Part shown: positions 21,691-25,540 of the stretch, in pieces
Layout of the letters: each line of letters starts with the position of its first letter
Position numbering within the stretch: position 1 is the first letter of the stretch
From: Rotaria sp.
Taxonomy: Eukaryota
Length of the DNA: 25,540 nucleotides
Assembly: GCA_905330235.1 (NCBI GenBank)
Contig: CAJNUA010000212.1
Location: 92,189 to 117,728, forward strand
Reading direction: 5' to 3'
Notes under the pieces: generated by a model
Databases searched by the model: none
What the model was told of the DNA's origin: nothing
What the model saw: the letters and a program-made list of their open reading frames with translations, nothing else
Program-made: the position numbers and the translations under genes

Positions 21691-21753
21691 GTAATAATAA
21701 TTTCCGTTTTTTGTTAGAATAAAAATTCAATCAATTTACCTGTTACGTTCTAG

Positions 21754-21893
21754 TCAAAGTTCCGTTGACAATCGACGATGAAGTCATTGAAGTAGCTGAA
21801 CAAGACTATGGTTTAATATGTCCATCGTCAGGAAAACTCGTACCACTTAAATCATTTCATGTTCGTGCTCAAATTGTTGATACTACAGTTGAA
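21754..21893 (+). CDS. PARP4: PARP4-like exon 11 (...GKLVPLKSFHVRAQIVDTTVEV), the start of the VIT domain.
   Basis: It matches human ...GNLVPLEDVHIKGRIIDTVAQV. The acceptor is cgttctag and the donor is GAA|gtaatt. Confidence 0.7.
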
Positions 21894-21961
21894 GTAATTA
21901 TATTTATCTTTCTGTTGATATAATACTACGTAGTTCATCCTATTGTCTTTTCAACGAAAAG

Positions 21962-22841
21962 GTTGTTCTTTACCAAGTCTATCATAATACAAGTTCGATA
22001 CCGATCGAAGCCAAATATGTATTTCCTCTTGATGATAATTCAGCTGTATGCGGTTTTGAAGCACATATTAACAATAAAGTTATAAAGGGCATCGTCAAAG
22101 AGAAAGAACAAGCTAAAAAAGAATATCGAGAAGCAATTGAAAAGGGTCACGGTGCTTATTTAATGCATCAAGAACAAGCGCAAGTATTCAGTGTAGCTGT
22201 TGGCAATTTACCACCGAACCATGAAGTCATTATCAAGATAACTTATGTTGCTGAATTAGAAATTGAAAATGATGATATCATTTTTCGTCTTCCAGCCAAA
22301 ATGGCTTCATGGCAATCGAAACAAGCGATTGGAAGTAAAGATCAATCGATTGTACGAACCATCGATATTGTAGATGAAAAAGTCGAATTTAGTTTCAAAG
22401 CATCGATTCGAATGCCCTATGAAATAATTAAATTATTCTCGCCAACACATCGTCTTCGTCGAAAATTAACCGATTGTCTAGCCATGATCGAACTTGTGGA
22501 TAACGTTTTAATTGATCGAGATTTCGTTCTTTCGATAACACTCAAAAGTGCTAATGTACCTCGAATATCAAACGAAACATTGTCATTGGATGATGACAGT
22601 GGAATAACAACAACAATATCGAACAATGTTGACTCTCAAGCATGTATGCTGACGTTTTATCCACGATTCGAAACATTGACAAATTCGTACGAACATATTG
22701 AAATTATATTCATTGTCGATGTGTCGAATTCGATGGACGGTACTCATGTACAACAAGCTAAACAGTTAGCACATTTGTTTCTTACGAATATGAAAGCAGG
22801 CGACATCAATACATATTTTAATGTAGTTACTTTTGGATCAG
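21962..22841 (+). CDS. PARP4: PARP4-like exon 12: the VIT domain, a linker, and the start of the vWA domain (VVLYQVYHNTSSIPIEAKYVFPLDDNSAVCGFEAHI...GHGAYLMHQEQAQVFSVAVGNLPP...IIFIVDVSNSMDG...FNVVTFGS).
   Basis: This is the strongest homology block in the window. VIT and vWA (DxSxS MIDAS-like 'DVSNSM') signatures are present. The donor is TCAG|gtaatc. Confidence 0.8.
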
Positions 22842-22896
22842 GTAATCAGATGATCATCTGCAGCACTATTTTATAGTTCACATTTGAACTATTTAG

Positions 22897-22970
22897 ATAA
22901 TGATGAATGTTTTCCTATTTCAACATCAGCTACAAAAGAAAATCTTGATAAAGCTAAACACTTTGTTCTG
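22897..22970 (+). CDS. PARP4: PARP4-like exon 13 (vWA; DNDECFPISTSATKENLDKAKHFVL).
   Basis: The acceptor 'aactatttag' is the only one compatible with phase 1. The donor is CTG|gttggt. Confidence 0.55.
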
Positions 22971-23033
22971 GTTGGTCGTTTATTTTCAATGTAATTTTTT
23001 CCTTTCGAAAATGTATCTGTTTACATATTGTAG

Positions 23034-23799
23034 CATTCACTTGTTCATCGTGGTAATACAGATCTATTTGCTGTTCTTTACCGTTATTCATTGCTACCAT
23101 CATCAAACTCTGGTCGACAATTTATTATTCTCTCTGATGGACATATTCATGATCTCCAATCGATTCTTGTTTTACTCGAACATCAATCAACTATGCGTCT
23201 GGATCGTATATTTGCCTGTTCAATTGGTAATGTTGCTAACAAACATGGTTTAAAACAATTAGCGAATGGAACAAGCGGAGGTGGTCTAACAACCGTATTC
23301 GATTCGAACTATCGATCGAAATGGAAAACAAAAGTATTAAATATTCTCGAACAAGTTCGACAACCATGTGTTACAAGTGTATCAATTGATTGGCATGGCA
23401 GTTTAGACGAACAACAAAAATTTAATATGCAAGCACCGAAAATAATTCGATCATTGTTTAATGGAATGCGACTTAACATCTATCGGTTTATACAAAATTG
23501 TCATAAGGCCACATTAACAGCTACTATCAATGAACAACAATATGTTACGACTGTATTTAGTAGTGCAATGACAACGACCAAAGGACGTATTCTACACTGT
23601 TTAACCGCTCGAGCAATTATCAATGATTATGATAATGGGTTATTGCATGTAGACGAGAGCGAAAACGAACTGATGAAAGTTCAATATAAGCAAGATCTCA
23701 TTGATCTAAGCATCAAACATTCAGTCGTTAGTGCATACACTAGTTTTGTTGCTATCGAAGAACGTGATGCTAAAACAGATGCAAAAACTCTTCAACCAG
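23034..23799 (+). CDS. PARP4: PARP4-like exon 14 (HSLVHRGNTDLFAVLYRYSLLPSSNSGRQFIILSDGHIHD...RIFACSIGNVANKHGLKQLA...SFVAIEERDAKTD).
   Basis: It matches human GNTDFWKTLRYLSLLYPARGSRNILLVSDGHL...RLFACGIGSTANRH...SFVAVEKRDE. The acceptor is catattgtag and the donor is CCAG|gttagt. Confidence 0.75.
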
Positions 23800-24013
23800 G
23801 TTAGTAAAAAGTTAAATAGAATGTAATTAATTGCTATCGATGCTCATAAGCAGATTGTTTTATTCTATGTATCTCGATACACATTTTCTCATCCTGTTAA
23901 TAGCTCTTTTCTTAAAGTTTCAGCTGTCCAAAAAATTCCGAAGAAAAATTTGATTCTTTTTTACTAATGCCTATTAATATTAAAAAATAGTTGCTATGTA
24001 CTTTCTACTATAG

Positions 24014-24322
24014 CCGTTCGTCTTCTTGATGTTATGCTTGATCGAGATGTTGACTTATTACCATACATGGGATGGGATGGTGATGTATCAAATTTGGATA
24101 CAATCAAACAGAAATTAATCGATGCACGTATTTCACTCGAAAGTGCATCAATTCAAAGCAAAAAAGAATCCGTGGTTAATATTGAAAAACTTTGTGAAAA
24201 AATTTCCTATCGAGCAGGTGGCGATGCCAAATTTGATATGATGATGACTATCATACGTATATATCGTTATGCATTGAATGAGCATGAAAAAGCAAATGAA
24301 ATCGAAGATCAAATGCGAAATG
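24014..24322 (+). CDS. PARP4: PARP4-like exon 15 (AVRLLDVMLDRDVDLLPYMGWDGD...).
   Basis: It matches human ...EDVDFLPYMSWQGE. The acceptor is tactatag and the donor is AATG|gtatgt. Confidence 0.6.
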
Positions 24323-24380
24323 GTATGTTATTCAGTCATAAATAAACGTTCATAGATGTCGATTTTTGAAAAATAAATAG

Positions 24381-24477
24381 ATCTTAAGGCTGAAATGATT
24401 AATGCAACGACAGAAGAACGACAAGCATTACAACAACGATGTCAAGATAACAATTTGATAATTATAAGTGATGAAGA
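24381..24477 (+). CDS. PARP4: PARP4-like exon 16. This is tentative. It is N/Q/E-rich.
   Basis: Called from splice-site and phase consistency only (aaataaatag| ... GA|gtatgc). There is no homology anchor. Confidence 0.3.
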
Positions 24478-24541
24478 GTATGCAAAAGAAAACAGAGGAA
24501 ATATTGAAAAGAAAATTTCATATTTTGTTTTTTGTTTGTAG

Positions 24542-24576
24542 CGAATCATCAGTTGACTACGATGATAAGAAATGTG
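24542..24576 (+). CDS. PARP4: PARP4-like exon 17. This is tentative. It is an acidic DESSVDYDDKKC micro-exon, and the gene presumably continues beyond the window.
   Basis: The acceptor is tttgtttgtag and the donor is TGTG|gtaagtag. Only phase is consistent. Confidence 0.25.
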
Positions 24577-24722
24577 GTAAGTAGAGACAATCTGTCCGCT
24601 ATAAATGCAATGAACAAATTTTAAGATTTGCTTCCTTTGTCTAATATCATCTTTGACTTGAAGTTAAACCCTACTATCTGTATTTGACAAACAGCTTAGT
24701 CTCGGTAGGATTATTCCCAAGG

Positions 24723-24900
24723 GGGAAAAGCGGCTCCTGGCGGCTCCCGGCGGCTCCCGGCGGCTCCTTATGGATCCTAGAATCCATAGAAGCCGGCAGA
24801 ATCTTCCAGCAGCCGGTAGAAGCCGTCAGGAGCCGCTGGGAGCCGACAGAATCTACCAGGAGCCACCGGAATTCACCTGAATCGACCAGGATCAAGAATA
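24723..24900. repeat. GC-rich palindromic decamer repeat. It runs (CGGCTCCNGG)x4, then a central inverted repeat TATGGATCC-TAG-AATCCATA, then (AGCCGNNAGN)x6, which is the reverse-complement flavour of the first set.
   Basis: Seen directly. It lies inside a putative PARP4 intron. It is roughly 60% GC, against a much more AT-rich background. Confidence 0.8.
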
Positions 24901-25319
24901 AATACTATCAGAAACCCTTCGAAAGCAACATTGATTAATTTGACCAAACTTAAGATTGACTTTAAGAAACCAAGAGAGAGGGTTAATGATATAATACTTA
25001 TGTACTCATATTTACAAGTAACCAGTAGACCTACGATAGTTTCAGCTCACGAACAGAGTCAAATGATGTATTTAGCGATTGGAATCGATCAGCTCGTATC
25101 AAAATAACTGCTGGAACAGTTCCTTTGAGCTGCACTTAACTGTTCGAATAGCTCAGTTTCGTTCACCCCAACTATCCCAGCAGTTCAGTTTAGTTTCAAG
25201 GAACTGTTGCAACATCTCTCGAGAACAGAACTGAACTGTTCAACGCCTCAACTCAGTTCATGAACCGCCAGACCCGTACCTCCTAATATAAACCATAAGA
25301 ACAATCAAGTGCTATTATA

Positions 25320-25540
25320 GGGGAATACCTCAGGTACCTCTGGTCCTGGTATAAGGGGATACCTCAGGTACCTCTGGTCCTGGTATAAGGGGATACCTCA
25401 GGTACCTCTGGTCCTGGTATAAGGGGATACCTCAGGTACCTCAGGTCCTGGTATAAGGGGATACCTCAGGTACCTCTGGTCCTGGTATAAGGGGATACCT
25501 CAGGTACCTCTGGTCCTGGTATAAGGGGATACCTCAGGTA
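25320..25540. repeat. 34-bp minisatellite (GGGGATACCTCAGGTACCTCTGGTCCTGGTATAA), about 6.5 near-identical units. It runs off the window end.
   Basis: Units start at 25320, 25354, 25388, 25422, 25456, 25490 and 25524. The first unit has GGGGAA and the fifth has one C->A change. Confidence 0.9.

Noticed and set aside
24674-24938. 73-aa (-) and 84-aa (+) ORFs
   Set aside because: Both span the GC-rich palindromic decamer repeat. Repeat-derived open frames are not credible genes.
25320-25540. CRISPR-like appearance of regularly spaced 34-bp repeats
   Set aside because: The units are directly contiguous with no spacers, and the rest of the window is clearly eukaryotic, with spliced PARP4 and E2 genes. 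This is a minisatellite, not a CRISPR array.

Overview
This window is AT-rich eukaryotic (metazoan-type) nuclear DNA, not prokaryotic. Its genes are split by short GT-AG introns of about 54-63 nt, and repeats fill the space between them. On the minus strand, positions 1-4273 hold a Helitron-like rolling-circle transposon Rep/Hel ORF. It shows the HUH two-His motif, the two-Tyr motif and the 'WDANMDIQ' motif. It is interrupted by one in-frame TAA and one homopolymer frameshift, and it runs off the left window edge. Upstream of it, relative to Helitron orientation, lie an 88-bp duplication with hairpins, a ~48-bp tandem array, and a ~652-bp satellite of about 2.6 units that shares the motif 'tgcttcgcaccgcatt' with the 48-bp array. 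The middle of the window holds three copies of a dispersed repeat (CT-rich tract, then TATATAAAC, then AATAAA, ending ...TCGTCACAGA), which looks like solo LTRs. It also holds three copies of a ~60-bp foldback repeat (CAGGGTGTGGG...CCCACACCCTG); one copy has grown into a (CCCACA)n microsatellite. A G-quadruplex-type G-tract is also present. There are two host genes on the plus strand. The first is a two-exon UBE2L3/UbcH7-family E2 (14016-14564) whose predicted catalytic Cys is Ser. The second is a multi-exon vault-PARP (PARP4) orthologue from 17246 to beyond 24576. It has BRCT, PARP helical and catalytic (H-Y-E intact), VIT and vWA domains. It contains one apparent GC-AG intron and one outlier intron of 2166 nt. 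The 3' end of the window lies in PARP4 intronic sequence. That sequence carries a GC-rich palindromic decamer repeat and a 34-bp minisatellite that runs off the right edge. 'M' in the supplied ORF track often stands for TTG or GTG rather than ATG, so exon calls rest on splice motifs and homology patterns instead.
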